Below are positions 40,735 through 54,456 of a DNA stretch of 64,000 nt, piece by piece. A program made the translations under genes and the position numbers. Every line of letters starts with the position of its first letter. Position 1 is the stretch's first letter. The notes beneath the pieces are model-generated. The model worked only from the letters and a program-made list of their open reading frames with translations. It did no database searches and was not told the DNA's origin. This DNA comes from Lama guanicoe (lineage: Eukaryota). Location of the stretch: NCBI GenBank assembly GCA_013239625.1, contig MU054187.1, forward strand, positions 17,662,711 to 17,726,710, given 5' to 3'.

Positions 40735-41691
40735 GTTTTAATTTGTGTTTCCCTAATTACCGATAGGTTGAGAATCCTCTCACTTACCTAATAGTTACCT
40801 ATGTTTCCTATTCTGTGAAATTCCAGAGAACATCTTTTGTCCATTTCTTTATTGTTTACCTTTTTCTTACTTATTTCTTATTGTTCTTTAAATACAAGCT
40901 TATAATTCTTTGTCAACCATACGTAGTTGTGTTTATATTTAGTCACAGATAAGCTATGATTTGTCTTCTAACTTTTTCAGTGTTGTCTTGTGATAAATAG
41001 AAGCTCTTAATTTTAATGAAATAAAATTTATCTTTTAAGTTAGTGCCTTTTTTTCTTATTAAAATGTCCTTCCTTAGCTTAAGCTATATGGAAAGAGCAA
41101 ATTTTCTTCTAAGAGTTCTATGTGTCTTTGTTCTGTATTCAAAGCCATTAGTGCATCTAGAATTGATTTGTGTGTATTATCCAATTTCTTTGTTTCCTTA
41201 GAATAATTAAGTTTTCCAGGGCCATTTCAGAATGAATGGATTTTTTTAGGTATATCTCATCTAGTCTATTTGAGCATTCATATAAATTTCATAATTAACC
41301 ATTCTGCAGGATCTCTGTTAAGTATTTTTTTCATAATTATATTGAACATATAAATAAAGTTAGGGAAATATACATCATTATGATGAATCTTTCTATCCAT
41401 AAACAAAATGTATCTCTCCATTTACTCAAGACTTCTTTAATTTCTTTCAAAAATGTTGTGTTATTTTCTCCATAAATGTTCTGCACATCATTATTTAGAT
41501 TTATTCCTAGGTAACTTCTTTTTTCTATTTTAAATGACTTTTAAGCTCTCTCTTTGTTGCTGTTCTATAGAAATACAATAGGTATTTGCATCCTGAACCT
41601 ATCTCTAACCATCTTGCTAAGATTGCTTACTAATAAGAGAGAATTTTCCTAGCAAAGAGGAATAAATGTAATTTTTTTTTAATTTATGGGT

Positions 41692-41898
41692 CAGCTCTGG
41701 CCAATGGAACTTTCTGTGGTAATGGAAATGTTTTTAGTGCTGTCCCATACTATAGCCATTAGTCACCTGTTTTTTTAAAAAAACTTTAATGTAAATTAAA
41801 ATCAGTAAAATTAAAGTTTCAGTTCCTTAGTCAAATTAGCCAACATTTCAAGTATTCAATAGCCATATGAGGCTAATGGATACTATGCTGGACATTGT
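41692..41898. mobile_element. MER3-like hAT MITE
   Basis: ccaatggaactttctgtggtaatggaaatg...caatagccatatgaggctaatgg. Confidence 0.75.
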
Positions 41899-42559
41899 TC
41901 TCTTCTTCCTATAAGCTGTGATTGGATGAAGAAGCCCTTATTACCCTACCTTATCTGGTCTTTATTGTAATTGGATGTCAATCTGTATCAGTCTTCATAT
42001 TCAAATTTCACCTTCAAAATTATATACTATTCCCATGGTAGTTGTCTTTATTTCATTTAGCTAGTGTCACGACCTTATAAATGCAGTTTTTATTATTTTC
42101 TCCTAAAATCTCATATTTATCCATGTGGAAATTTAATTTCTATTTATTTAGAAAATTATGTTTAAAATATTATAATACTCAAAAACCTATAGAGGTTTTG
42201 AAATCTATTAAAAAATCTATAAATCATTCAAGTATTTCACCTTTTTCCCTGATTTGGTATTAAACTGTAATCCTTCACATACAGCATACTGTAGCTGAAA
42301 TTGACACAAAGACAAAATATATCTCTAAATATTGTGTACTTGTTTTTTAACTGAATGCTTTTATTGCAAATTGTGCTGTACCTAAATTGTTGATTCCCTT
42401 TTCATAACTTTTCTGTTCCCCATGTTATTGAAATCAATCACTCATGATAGAAAATTATTCCCTTTTCTGTTTGCTAAAGCTCTTTTTAAAATATCAAGTT
42501 TCAAATTATCATTTATTCAGGAACCTTTGGAAAATGAGCTTCATAATTTCCAGCATTAA

Positions 42560-43420
42560 TGTTTTGTTTCATTGGCTATCAAGACGCCATTATTCTACTC
42601 AGATTTCTCCCTTCCTCACTTGCAATTCCTTGTTAGCGTACTTTGGTGATGCCTCCCACTCCTCAACATCTGTTAGAATGCCCTAATGTTCATTCCTGGC
42701 TCTCTTCACTCTCCGTCAATCCTAACTACTCATGAGTTTTAATCTAGTCCCATTACATTAATGGGAGATGACTCCGACTTTTGAATTCACACTTCTTACC
42801 CTAACCACTCACCCAGACTCCTAATTCCAATTTCCCACTAAATATCTTCACTCTATGCATAATAGACATTTCAGACTCAGCAAGTAGAAGAAAGTACTTT
42901 GCTTTGATCCACCCTTGCACTCTAGTTTTTCCTCCATAACTCATCAAGATGTTCAGGTCAAAAATGTTGGATTCATCCTTAAAGTCTACTTTCCTAAAAT
43001 TCCTACATCCAGTCCAGAAATTCTTGCTAGCACTAACTTGAAAATACATTCTGAATCCATCTACCTCTCGCTATTCATCTTACTCCAAGCCAACACTGTT
43101 TGCCTCATCTAATGCAATAGGCAGCCCCTTCCGCGACCTCCCTGCTTCCTCTCTTGCCCTGGTCCGTACAGACTATAACCAGTACAATAACCAGAATAAT
43201 CTAGAAAACACATAAATCAGATCATATTATTTCTCAAAATCTATTCTCATCACTCTGAGAATAAAAATTAAACTCTTTTACGTGTCCTACATCCTCTTAT
43301 TCAAAGTTTCTCCTGCCTTACTTTCGAAACTCACTATTCTCTTACACACTCACGTCCAAATTTTCTTCCACAAAGGCTTTCCCAACATCCCAGAGCCTTT
43401 GCACTTGCTATTCCCTAAAA
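42560..43420 (+). mobile_element. L2 fragment
   Basis: ccagactcctaattccaa...cctccctgcttcc...aaatcagatcat...gcctttgcacttgctattccct. Confidence 0.75.
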
Positions 43421-43684
43421 CCTGAAAGATTTAAAAAATCTGCAAGATTCCTCCAAATGAGATCTTAGAAGTCATTTACATTTCATTTTGTAGAAACATT
43501 TGGCAGAAGACATTTTGCAAAAGATAGATACATTTTACTTCTGAGACTATTCATACGGATAGCACTTTCCAAGTTTTTTAAATAACAAATATAAATTGAT
43601 AAAGCTAAAACAAAAGAATTGTATTTGGTGAGATCTACGTGTTTTAAACGTTGAACTTTGAGGGCTTGTAGACATGTGAGCTAC

Positions 43685-43860
43685 ACCATGGTTTCAATAT
43701 TTAATGCATGAGAATCAGCTGAGGTGTTTTCCAAATACCCATTATCTCTTACAGAGATTCTGAGTAGGTAATCAGGGCAGGGCCCATGGACCTGAATTTT
43801 AATAAGTAGCTCAGTTGATTCTGTTGCAAATGGTTTGCAGACAGCCCTTTGAGAGATACC
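43685..43860. mobile_element. MER5A/B-like MITE
   Basis: ccatggtttcaa...gaatcagctgagg...cagagattctgagt...ttttaataag...ctttgaga. Confidence 0.75.
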
Positions 43861-44394
43861 AGGCTGGTGTATTTGCTCAGATACAAGGAGACCAGATATG
43901 ATTACCAGTCATCATGCAACTCACTAATGAGATGCAACCAAGGAACAATAGATGGCTTAAAACCTAAGTGACGAAAGGGGAAAAGGGTCCAATTAGGACC
44001 AGCATGGATGCTATCCCAAGCACTCTTGGCTAGTAGTTTTACAAATCTATTCACATAAATGGACTGATAGCTGACAGCCAAATGGCACTACATATTTTTT
44101 AAGTTTCTGGATATTAAAATAAATAGATAAGCATCGTAAATTTTATTACATATATTCTGTTGCTGTAAAATTATGTGTACATGTGTCATAGACATAGGGC
44201 ATATAGATATGTACATAGATGTAGTCTAAGTTCAGTTCTTCAGCTTATACTTCATAAAATCATTATAACTTTCAAAATGAGGGACCTCTTCAAATATTAT
44301 TTAGAAAAAAAAGATACCTGTTTATCTGTTCATCCCTTCCCACCTCTCTTTCCTCATCCCCTTTCTTGTCCCTTCCTTTCTTGAACAATTTAGC

Positions 44395-45998
44395 CCATTA
44401 GGTGAAGTAAATAACCTTTGTTGGCATGGGGAAGGTGGGCATGCAGGGAACCACAATGGCTTGGCATTGGGTTGCAGAGCCTAAGAAAGGGGAGAGGATG
44501 TCTATATAGGGGAGCCTAGGGTGGACTGTCAAAGTCTCATTGGTGTGAAAAGGGCATCCACATGAGGAAGTGGCCACAGCAACCACTCTGTACAGACAGT
44601 CATAACCTGTGCTGGGTGGAGAAAATGTATGGGATGGGAGGGTGGCAGCTACAAGTATTTGATTAAATACAGGAAGACTGATCAAATAAGTAAGGATACG
44701 GTAATCAGTGTTTTCCAGGATCTAGGGAGGAAGTTAAAAATATAACACGGGCAAAACTAGAATGAACTCTTTGGTGTTGAAAGGGAATGGAGGATATTAA
44801 TGTGAACTCATGATTTTTAGTATATAGACATTATAGAAACACAGACATAATGTTTATGTTAGTATGAGTATATAAATATAGATGAATATGTGTTTTCATA
44901 TGTGTGTGTGTATATACATATACATATACATATATCCCATAGCTTTGCCTATTGAGAGTACCTGGGACTGCTACTTCCTAATAGCAATGAACACACTTAG
45001 TGTCCATATCTTGGTTTCTAAATACAATTCTTCAATTGAAGGAACTAGAGCTCTTTGAAGAAGTGGCTGATTCCAGAGCTACTGTAGGGAAAGTATAAGA
45101 TAATCCTAGAACATATGATTGTTTCAAGAAGTCAGGAAGGTATCAAAGAATAATGGGTAAATATCAAAGGACATATCAGCCAGGTTGAAGGGGTTTCCAC
45201 TGGACAAATCTTGGACAATCTAAGCCTCAAAATAAATAATGGTAGAAACTGATTATAGTCCATTGACTAAAATAGGAGTCTGTGAGTTCATACTGAAATC
45301 AATAATTTAATTGAATAAATGATAAATTTTATAAGAAACAGGACATTTAAATAATTAAAAACTGTCCTACTATAAAAATTATTAATAATGAAGGAGGAAA
45401 AATAACTTTACAGTGGAGAAGATTGGATAATACCCCTTAATCAAATGAGTAAAATATTATTCCAGTAAGGTTACAAGTTAAAAGTTTACAAAAATTGTTT
45501 GATAGGAGGAGTGAGAACAGAGGTTCAATATTGCGTATTCCTGCCAGCTACACATACCCTGAATCTAATCATGAGACAAATACAGACAGCTAAATCCTAC
45601 AAAATAACTGGTCTGTAATCTTTAAATTTTTCAAGTTCATGAAATTCAAGGATAGTCTGCAAAAAAATTTCAGATTAAAAAACTAAATAGACAGGACAAC
45701 TAAATGCAACATGCGATTCTGAGCTGAACCTTTTATTATGTAGGACATGATTGGGAGAATTGACAAACTTGAAGGGGATCTGAGGATTAGATAGCATTGT
45801 AGTTATGTACCAGTTTTAATTTCCTGATTTTTATTATTATACTTGGGTATATGTTTATAAGGAATACTAGAGAATTGGGGGGAGACATTGCATTGTGTTG
45901 GCAACTTACTCTCAGATGGTTTGGGAAATAAATTACTTTTACTCATTTCAAATTGTCTGTAATTTTCAAGATTGTTAAAAAATATATATACAAAGAAA
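44395..45998 (+). mobile_element. L1MC-type 3'UTR
   Basis: ggaactagagctctttgaagaagtggctgattccag; ctgaatctaatcatgag; caactaaatgcaacatg; A-rich end. Confidence 0.8.
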
Positions 45999-48900
45999 AA
46001 AGGAAAGATTCCTGAGTCAGGTAATCTTCCTTTTCCTGGCAACTGGCAGTTAAAAACCTCAGTTTACAATGGTAGCCAACAGTAGTTAGCTTCTCAGACT
46101 ATTTGTGCTAATTTCTGCTACGAACACCGTAACATCTTATTTTGCACTTGAGGGGTTTTGTTTGTTTGTTTGTTTCCTAATTATGCTTTTGTTTTTCATT
46201 CCATGAAATGTCTATGAATTTGGTAAATTCATCTGTATTAAAGTAAAATCAATAAGATTCATAAGAATAAAAATAAGTTGTTGGAGAAATTTATAAATTT
46301 CTACCTGCATTCAAATTGGAGTAAGTTGGTACGAAATTTATAAGGAAAAAAACTAAGGAACACTCACACTCAGAAACTCAAAATGGTTGCACATGTTTAT
46401 CCTGTAAGAGGTTTATGATGAAACAGTAAGATGAAGACTTTATATCGAAACTTAAATACAACCTTTTCAATCACATTTCATTGGCAGGCCATGTATCAAC
46501 TGGGCAGTTCAGTAAGTAAATTAAAACAATTCTTGTTTTCAATAATTTCTTAGGCCAACACTTAGAATAGTGAAAACCTTATCTTTAACTCCAAGAAAAC
46601 TGGGCAGTTATTAGTTAAAGCAAGTGTGTTGTCCTACAGACCTACACCTGGTTATAAATAGCAGTTAAGACTTGAGAACACCCCTGGACACTGAGTGGAA
46701 TTTCTAAATATAGCTTCCCCTTTCTCTAAAGGTGTTTTACAAGAATGCTATGTTTTGTGAAATGTGGCCTTTTTATAAAGAGTACACAGTCATAATAAAA
46801 GTCAGTGACTTTTAGACCTAGAAAAGATTTAGCCTGGGAACCCACATTTTAGAGGCATGTAGACTTAAACCCAATGAAATTAAACATTTTGCCCAGCATC
46901 AGATGCCAAACAAGTAATAATGACGGCACGCAAACCTCTATTTTCTAAACCCGTTAAAGGCAGCATATACTGCTTATTTTTCACTGCTGTTAACACCACA
47001 TTCCTCCTGTACCTTATTCCTCTTGTTTCCTTAAGAGGAATGATAACATTATCTGCAAATTTTAGCTATAACTATTTTTCAAAAATTTTGCTATTTTGTA
47101 ACTCATTTTTGAAAAATGTCATTTCTATGTTAAAAATGCATAAGGGCATTTTCCTTCCTTCTTGAAACACCTCTGCCTGTATTTATTATCTTTTATTGTC
47201 GAACTACTGCATAGCAGTAAGTACGGAAACACCTCTAGTAGAGGAGATAAGTGACAGAGGCAACACGGTGTGGGGGTGGGTTAGGGTTGACATACTTTAA
47301 AGGGAGATAGGGAAAGAGAGGAAAAGAATAGAGATTTTATTAGTTTGAAAAAAATATAATGGCAAGTTAGACAATGTTTGGCTAAACTTAATACCATACA
47401 ATTCCTTAATTTAAATTCCAGGTTAACTTCCGTTGTTTGCATTGCCACAGACGAGGGAGTAAACAAAGCAAAAAGATTTTTGTGTATCATCATTTTGTAT
47501 TAATTTCCTAAAAGTTTCTACAAAACTTTTTAAAATAAATTAAAAAGCAAAAGTCTTGTCTTTAACTTATTTCCCTGCTTGCTTGCACTTTAATTAGTTG
47601 GTAAATGGCATTTAAGCTCAATACTTATGATAAATTCTGCCCCACAGTTTTTAAAAGCACTAAGAATTGTGTGTATGTGTGTGTGTGCACATTCGCTATC
47701 AACTAGTGTGTTGCCTCTGCAACAAGTAAGATAAAGTTCTTGATCAAAAAATTATTGCCATCTAGACAAAAATCAGACAGGATAGTGGGGCCAGCCGTTG
47801 GTAAGTTTAAAAGTCACCCTGGGAGGTATCTCTTTAGATAAAGCATTTAGATGGAAGTATAACCAAGCATGGGTCTAAAAATTTCATATCTGAGACCTGT
47901 TTTATTTAGAGTTCTTTGGCAAGTGCTTGCTCTATGTGTTTTTATAGTCTTTGGTTGTGCTATAAAAATATCAAAAGTGTGAATTAATGAAGTGATATGC
48001 AAAAATGAAATCCTATAAGATAGAATAAGCATGAAGTCTTCTAATTATCACTCAGATAAGTCTGGCTGACACAAACTTCAGCATTAGATAAAGACCTTAG
48101 TAGTTCATAATGCTAAAATTAAAATCTTCTAGTTATGTCAGTGTGAAAGAAATCCTAATTTGTACCACAAGGTAGTGAATTCAATAATTTTCATTTGTTA
48201 AGTATCTCCTTAGGATCCTGCTCTGCGTATATAACACTGTTTCAGAATTTGGAGGGCAATGAAGAAAAATAGGAACTCTCCACCCTCAAGTAGTTTATAC
48301 TGCTCCCAATGAAATTCCTCTACTTTGAGATCTTTTAATTTCTCAGTTCACTGTAAGATCTTCATCAGATGAGATGTTTCTCACTTGTTAAAACCAATGT
48401 TTAGCAAGTTAAATAGTTTTTTGAATGTTCCTGATAATGAAATAGAATCATAATGGTACTTTCCAATACTGATAATAGAGTTGGTAGAAGAAATGCTCAA
48501 GACTGATAGTAAAGGGAATTTGATAATCTACAAAATGTCATGAGATTTTCCAGATAACAACTTGTCTCCTGGAGAAAAGTGCACTTATTATTTATCTTCC
48601 CAGCTCATAAAAATTGTCTTATTTTATTCATATAGTGATTTTACCACATCTTTTAATTCATATTTTAAGATATTTTGTTCAGTGGATTATCTCATTTTGA
48701 AAGTATTGATTTATATATCCATTATATATTATGTAAATACTAATATATATTTCTCAATGGATAGATTATTTCTTTCTCAATTACATAAATTTGTCTAATT
48801 CATATTGCTATTCTTCAGTATTTCCTTTTCTCTGTGGAGCCCATCCCACTGGCTTGAAAAAGCCTGAAAAATCTGAAAGTCCCACTTAAAGTATATGTAT

Positions 48901-50329
48901 GGAAAATCGTTAAAATAACATATAACGAAGGTAGAAAAGATTATTAAACATTGTGCTGAAGATTGTTCCACTAATAAAGAGAGTAATTAATAATTCTCAT
49001 ATTCAGACATAATAAAAATGAAAACTATCAATTATAAGACTTAGCAATGACATTTTCAATAAAGGGAAATATTCAATACTGTATAGGAAACTAGTATCTG
49101 CAAAGCAGATAAATCGGCAATGATTATACATATATTTAAAATATGTTGAAACATAGTCATAGAAAGTTTTTCTTTTTTGGCTGAAAAGAGGCATATTGAA
49201 GTGTTTAAGCACTACTTCAACTGGAATAGATATTTAGATACTATGCAGAAAATACATGATTGCAGAAGAGCAGATAATAGCATGTGTATAAATGTAGGTG
49301 TTTTTAATTAATCTATGTTCATTCATTCAGAAAAGAAAAGAATGCCAAATTTACTTTAAATGCAGCATTGTGAGGCGTTAAAATTCCATTCTTAGACATT
49401 TGCTGCTGTTGCCTTTCCTTAAGCATTCACCAAAGAGTACCATCCTGTCATTCATTCAAGTTAGAAATCTAGACGCAATCACACAATTCTCATGTCAGGG
49501 TCCTCTGCCTTCGTGTTCCCCACTCAGTAAGTCACAAATTCCTGGCTCTCCTATATCAGAAACTCTCCAATGTAGGCCTGCTCTGTCACTCTCCAAGCCC
49601 AGCATCACTGTCTCAGCCTCCTGTTGAAGTCACTTCTAGTTCATTGTGAGCAGGGCCATTTGTAAACCTTCCTCAGTACTAGGCAATTGCACTTTTGGAA
49701 GCTTCAACCTAAATGTTATCAAATGCACTAAAATGTACCCAAATCACAAATTCAATATAATTTACAGATAACTAACTCTATGGAAGCTGAGTAACATTGC
49801 AGCTGGTGACTGGTACTAATGCTCATGTTGAAAATATAAACAAGTTTTTGTCTCAGTTTTGCAATTTTTTTTCATATTTTGGAACCATTTTTTCAGGTGT
49901 CAAACAATTTTCTAAGTCTTTGTCAAATTCCTAGTCCCTAACGAGTGTGCTTTTATAGTCACAAGGCTGAACAGCAAAGACAGGAAGATGTCTGAAGATG
50001 GAGACCATTACATGGATGAGTAAACCAGATACGTTGGAACGCACAGTGTTTGTAGAAAAAAAATATAGAAATACAGAAATCAAGGAAGAAATAGCAGTTT
50101 CAATCAATATGATGTGTATCAGATGATAACATTAAAAAGCCAAATTCTTTTGGGATGTCAATTTAATATCACCTTAAACAGTAATGTCTCAACACAGCAT
50201 GTGAACTGCTTACGTGCTTAGATAGAAATATTGATGCAAACCGTCAACAAAAAATGAAGCTTAATATGCTCCAAAATGAATGTTGGAATGTGGCAACTGG
50301 TTTTATAAGTGGTTAAATCACCTATCAGG

Positions 50330-51080
50330 TTCATGACAATGTTTCTAAACCTTTATTATTTTATCTTTAATACTAAGATAGTGAGAATACCTATTTGATA
50401 GATGTGTTCATAAATTTAAATTACATAATTAACATAAACTTATTGTATCTGGCAAATACTTAATATTTTTGTTACTATTATCGAAAAAGCACTAATAATA
50501 GCTGTTTCATTATTATGATCATTGTTACAACTTGGAACAGACCAGAAAATACTACTACTGAGCTTAATTTGACTTTCCATTTTGATTTTAAAGATGGAAA
50601 AGTTAAAGAGTTATTTGGAGCAGATATGTGTCAGTGTTCTAACATCCTTTCAAAAGCGAAGTATTTATTTGATGTAGGAAAAATAATCTTAGTTTAATGA
50701 GAAGGTATAGATTTTAAAAATATCTTTCCTCCTTGGACTCATACAGAGCCTGAAAAGGAGATTTAAAAAAAAAAAAAAAGCTTTAGAAAGCATTACATAA
50801 TAAAGAACAGCACCAGCCCCAGGCTCTTAATTTTTTTTGTTATTTTGTGATTTTGATGTGAATAACCCCAGGTCCCCATTCTGACATCAGTACTACCACT
50901 TACTGTGTAAGGCAAGGTCAAGTCGATTAACCTCTCTCTGCTTTAGTTTCTTCATCTGTAATATGCAAGTCTTATTACTTGTCACTTGCCAACCAGCAGT
51001 ACTTCTTCAGCTAATTGACTGTCTCAGCAGGGATATTGCAAAGATTAGCTGATAAATGATTTATAAAACCTTTGAAATAT
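50330..51080 (+). mobile_element. Two MIR remnants (about 50330-50480 and 50870-51080)
   Basis: gtcaagtcgattaacctctctctgctttagtttcttcatctgtaa. Confidence 0.6.
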
Positions 51081-51479
51081 TAAAGGATATAAAAAACCTT
51101 AACAAGAGAAGGACAGAACAAATCATTCCATGCATTAATTTGCTACTTTAGTCATATATGTTTTATAAAAAAACTTAGGTAGCCCTCAACAAAGTGAACA
51201 TCAGATAGATTAGTTGGAAATTTTAAAGGGCTGTTTATTGCTGTTATTTTTTAAAAAATCTTCTGTCATAATTAAGAAGATACAAAAGAGAAAGTGTATT
51301 AGAGGAAACGATTATAGTGTATCTCCTTAAATTGATGAAAAGTATTATGAGAGAGGAAAATAAACTGAATAAGAATAAAGAAACATGTTTTCGGAGCCTA
51401 GTTTTACTATTGATAATGGTATAACCTTGGCAATTAACTTTACCAATAAGCATCTTGAGTAAGATAATTAAAACCAAAT

Positions 51480-53250
51480 CTACAATATACTTTTTGCAGA
51501 TGTAAGAACAACATACAAAATCTTGTGCCAAGCATTCTGGGGGTCTCCAAAAATCAAAGACCCAGATCGTAAGGAAAATATATTATAGGAAGAAGAGTAG
51601 CATGGAAATAATTAATTCTTACATAGTGCCAAATTAAATAAATACTATAATAAAATCATTCATCATACCTGGAGCTGGGGAGGGAATTTGGCTAATAAGC
51701 TGGGCTTGAAAGATGAGAAGGATTTTGTTGTCACTGGGAGAGAAGGGCACTCCAGGTTGAGAAAAACAGCATGAGAAACCAGTAAGAGAACACCAGAGGT
51801 ACTGCAAGTGCTTGCTGAGATCACATCTTAGTGTGCACGGGAGAGATGGTATAGGGAAAGAAGCGAGTGAATAAAGTTGGCTTCTAATTCTAGAAGGCCA
51901 TGCAACAAAGTTAAACTGTGTTCTGCGGGTTCCCAGGAGCCACTGAAAATTTTGAGTACCTTAATGTTTTATAAAGGTAATTCTGGGAATAGTATAAAGT
52001 GTAAGTTGGAGAGGAATAAGTTTAGATAAGTAAATAGTTAGCCTATAATTACAATACTCAAAAAAGAGATGATGAATGGAGTGACCAAAGAAAGAATGGA
52101 AATGAAGAATCCTGAAGAAACATTGGGTGGATAGAATTAAAACAATGAGGTTTGAGAATTGATTGGATGTGAAGAACTAGTGAGGTGGAATAACCGAACA
52201 CAATTTCTAAGATTCCTATCATAGATGCCTAAGAAAGTAGTGGTAATCTACACTAAAATAATGAGGAAAATGAGTAGCTCTGGGGGTAGAGGTGGACATG
52301 CAGCAGAGATTACATTTGAACTTACTGAATTTGAGTTTTTAAGGACAACCATGGTGGAGTAACAATAGGCAGTAAAAATTTTCAAGCTATGCTTCAGAAA
52401 AATATCAGCGCCCCGAATTATAGATTTGATAGTCTTCTATACCCAGGTGGAAATTAAGACAATTGGGGTAAATATTACGTGATAGGTAAGCGAGGGAAAG
52501 AGCAAGAAGAAATAGAAGAAGATGACTATGAGGGTACCAAGAGTAGATGGTAGCCAAGCGAGAAAAAATGTTTCAAGAAGAGAGGAATAACAATGTAAAA
52601 TGTTATATACAATTTGATATAGACAATTATTGTGAAAACTCTATTGATTTGTGATTAATCTGTAATGGTTGTTCTCTGAGAAAACAGTTCTGGTAAATTG
52701 ATAGATATGTAAGTTGAACTGCAAAATTAAAAATAAAGCAATGTAGAGGAAGTGGGAAAATAAGTACCTTCCTCTTTTTCTGTAAGTTTGGGAGTAAATG
52801 AAAGTAGAAGGGGAGTGTCATAAAGAACATAGAGTTAAAAGCTGAAAAATATATTTTACAACAAGGGAAAATGTAAACAATTTTACAGGCATTGGTGAAG
52901 CAAGGAAAAGAAGAGACTCCAGAAGCACAAGGCAGAGTTGAAGAAACAATAACAGGAGAGAAGACAGAAACAAGAACACTAGTCAGGTATTAACGTTGGC
53001 GAAAGGACTCAAAGATATGGACAAATTTGATGTGAGGAAAAAGAATGCGAAATTAAAGGAATTTATGTAGGAGGACCTTGATCTTCCCATAAAGTCATTA
53101 GGCAAGATTTTCTATTGAGTAAGAAAATGAAATATAAATAAGACTTAAGAAACACAAAAAATAAAAAAAAAATTACTGTTGTTAGAGACGGTAAAGAAGT
53201 CAGCTAGAAATGAGCAAAGGGATTTATGGGTAGCTCTGAGGTCACTTGTT
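51480..53250 (-). mobile_element. L2 long fragment
   Basis: gctgggcttgaaagatgagaagg...ggagccactgaa...tgattggatgtg...ctgaatttgag. Confidence 0.7.
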
Positions 53251-54456
53251 GCCTTAATTAGACAGTGAAAATGTTTCCTCAAGGAAGATGGCCTGTGCTT
53301 CTGGCTTTATAACATTTTTAGGCTTAGATTTCTCATCACAAAGATCTGATTTGTTTAGCTTTGTGGAAAGAATAGAAAAAGATTTGAATCTGGGCTAAAG
53401 GAAGTTTCAGAGAAGAAATTAAGTAATAATACAATTGACTAGGTCATGAATTTATAAAAACAGTATGAAAATGTGCACATGTCAAAACAAGGAAAAAATA
53501 TGTCTATAAAACCTTGAATGAAGGCATAAGGATCACAATTGCCATATCACTGGGGATTAGAGATGAACTGACAGAAAAAAGACTAAGCATAGTAACTATT
53601 AGTATCAAATGCTGGAACTTTTTGAAATTGAGAATTTTTATTATATACTGAAAATCAGGGAAGAAGTGAAGAACTTGTCCTAACAAAGGTAGATGGGTTA
53701 TTATTTCTAGTAGTATTAATCAAAAACTTATTGTGAAAGCCATCAAAAGACTAATTTTTCTCATGTTAGGCAAAATTTAGTCTAGCAATGTTTTTGTTCT
53801 AAAGAGATCAATGCTTTGGATTTAGAACAAAAAGCGCTTGACTTGACAGAGTTAATGTGTATTGGCATCTTTCTATGATACAACTCAGTATATGAGATTA
53901 CTTTTTTAAAGTATGCTTTTGATAGGACATTATCCACATTCTTTTAAAGGACAACACGGGTCCCGTTATACCAAATGGTATTCTGGAGCATGCAGTGTCA
54001 TGATCTGGTGCAGGAATTATAATTCTGCCTTAACAGAGGAGACTTTTGTGAAAATCTTCAAATTGTTGCTATTAACAGGATGTGGTTGTTGATTTCTTCT
54101 TTGCTGTCACTCACTCCAAAGTGTAACTAAAAGATAGCCCAATTCAAGGAAACAGGGAATTATGGTAGCATCAAGGTCTGGCACCCTGTCCTGAGCTCGG
54201 GAGACTTAATTTGAAGCCCTCTGATTTGAGATTGAGGTGTTGTTTTAGAAATAATCTAGACTGATTATAAGCCTGAATTAGATAAATAACTAATATTCTT
54301 ATACAGGAAAAGAGAAAAAGATAGTAGTTAGCATGGAAATAGCTAATATTTTCAGAATATTTTAGTAATCAAAAAACTTTATTGGTTAAGTTTACAAAAG
54401 GGTTCCCTTTTGTAACCTGTAATATTTATCAGATAGCTTCCTGTTACTATGCAGAT

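Larger units (their letters stand above)
39435..41635 (-). mobile_element. Old L1M(E) fragment with nested insertions
   Basis: ttgctcttttaactcaacattatgtttctaaggttcatccat; ttttaatttgtgtttccctaattac; tagatttattcctaggta. Confidence 0.75.

Noticed and set aside
47267..47286. G-quadruplex or telomere-like GGGTTAGGG
   Set aside because: Only three G3 tracts and a single telomeric unit.
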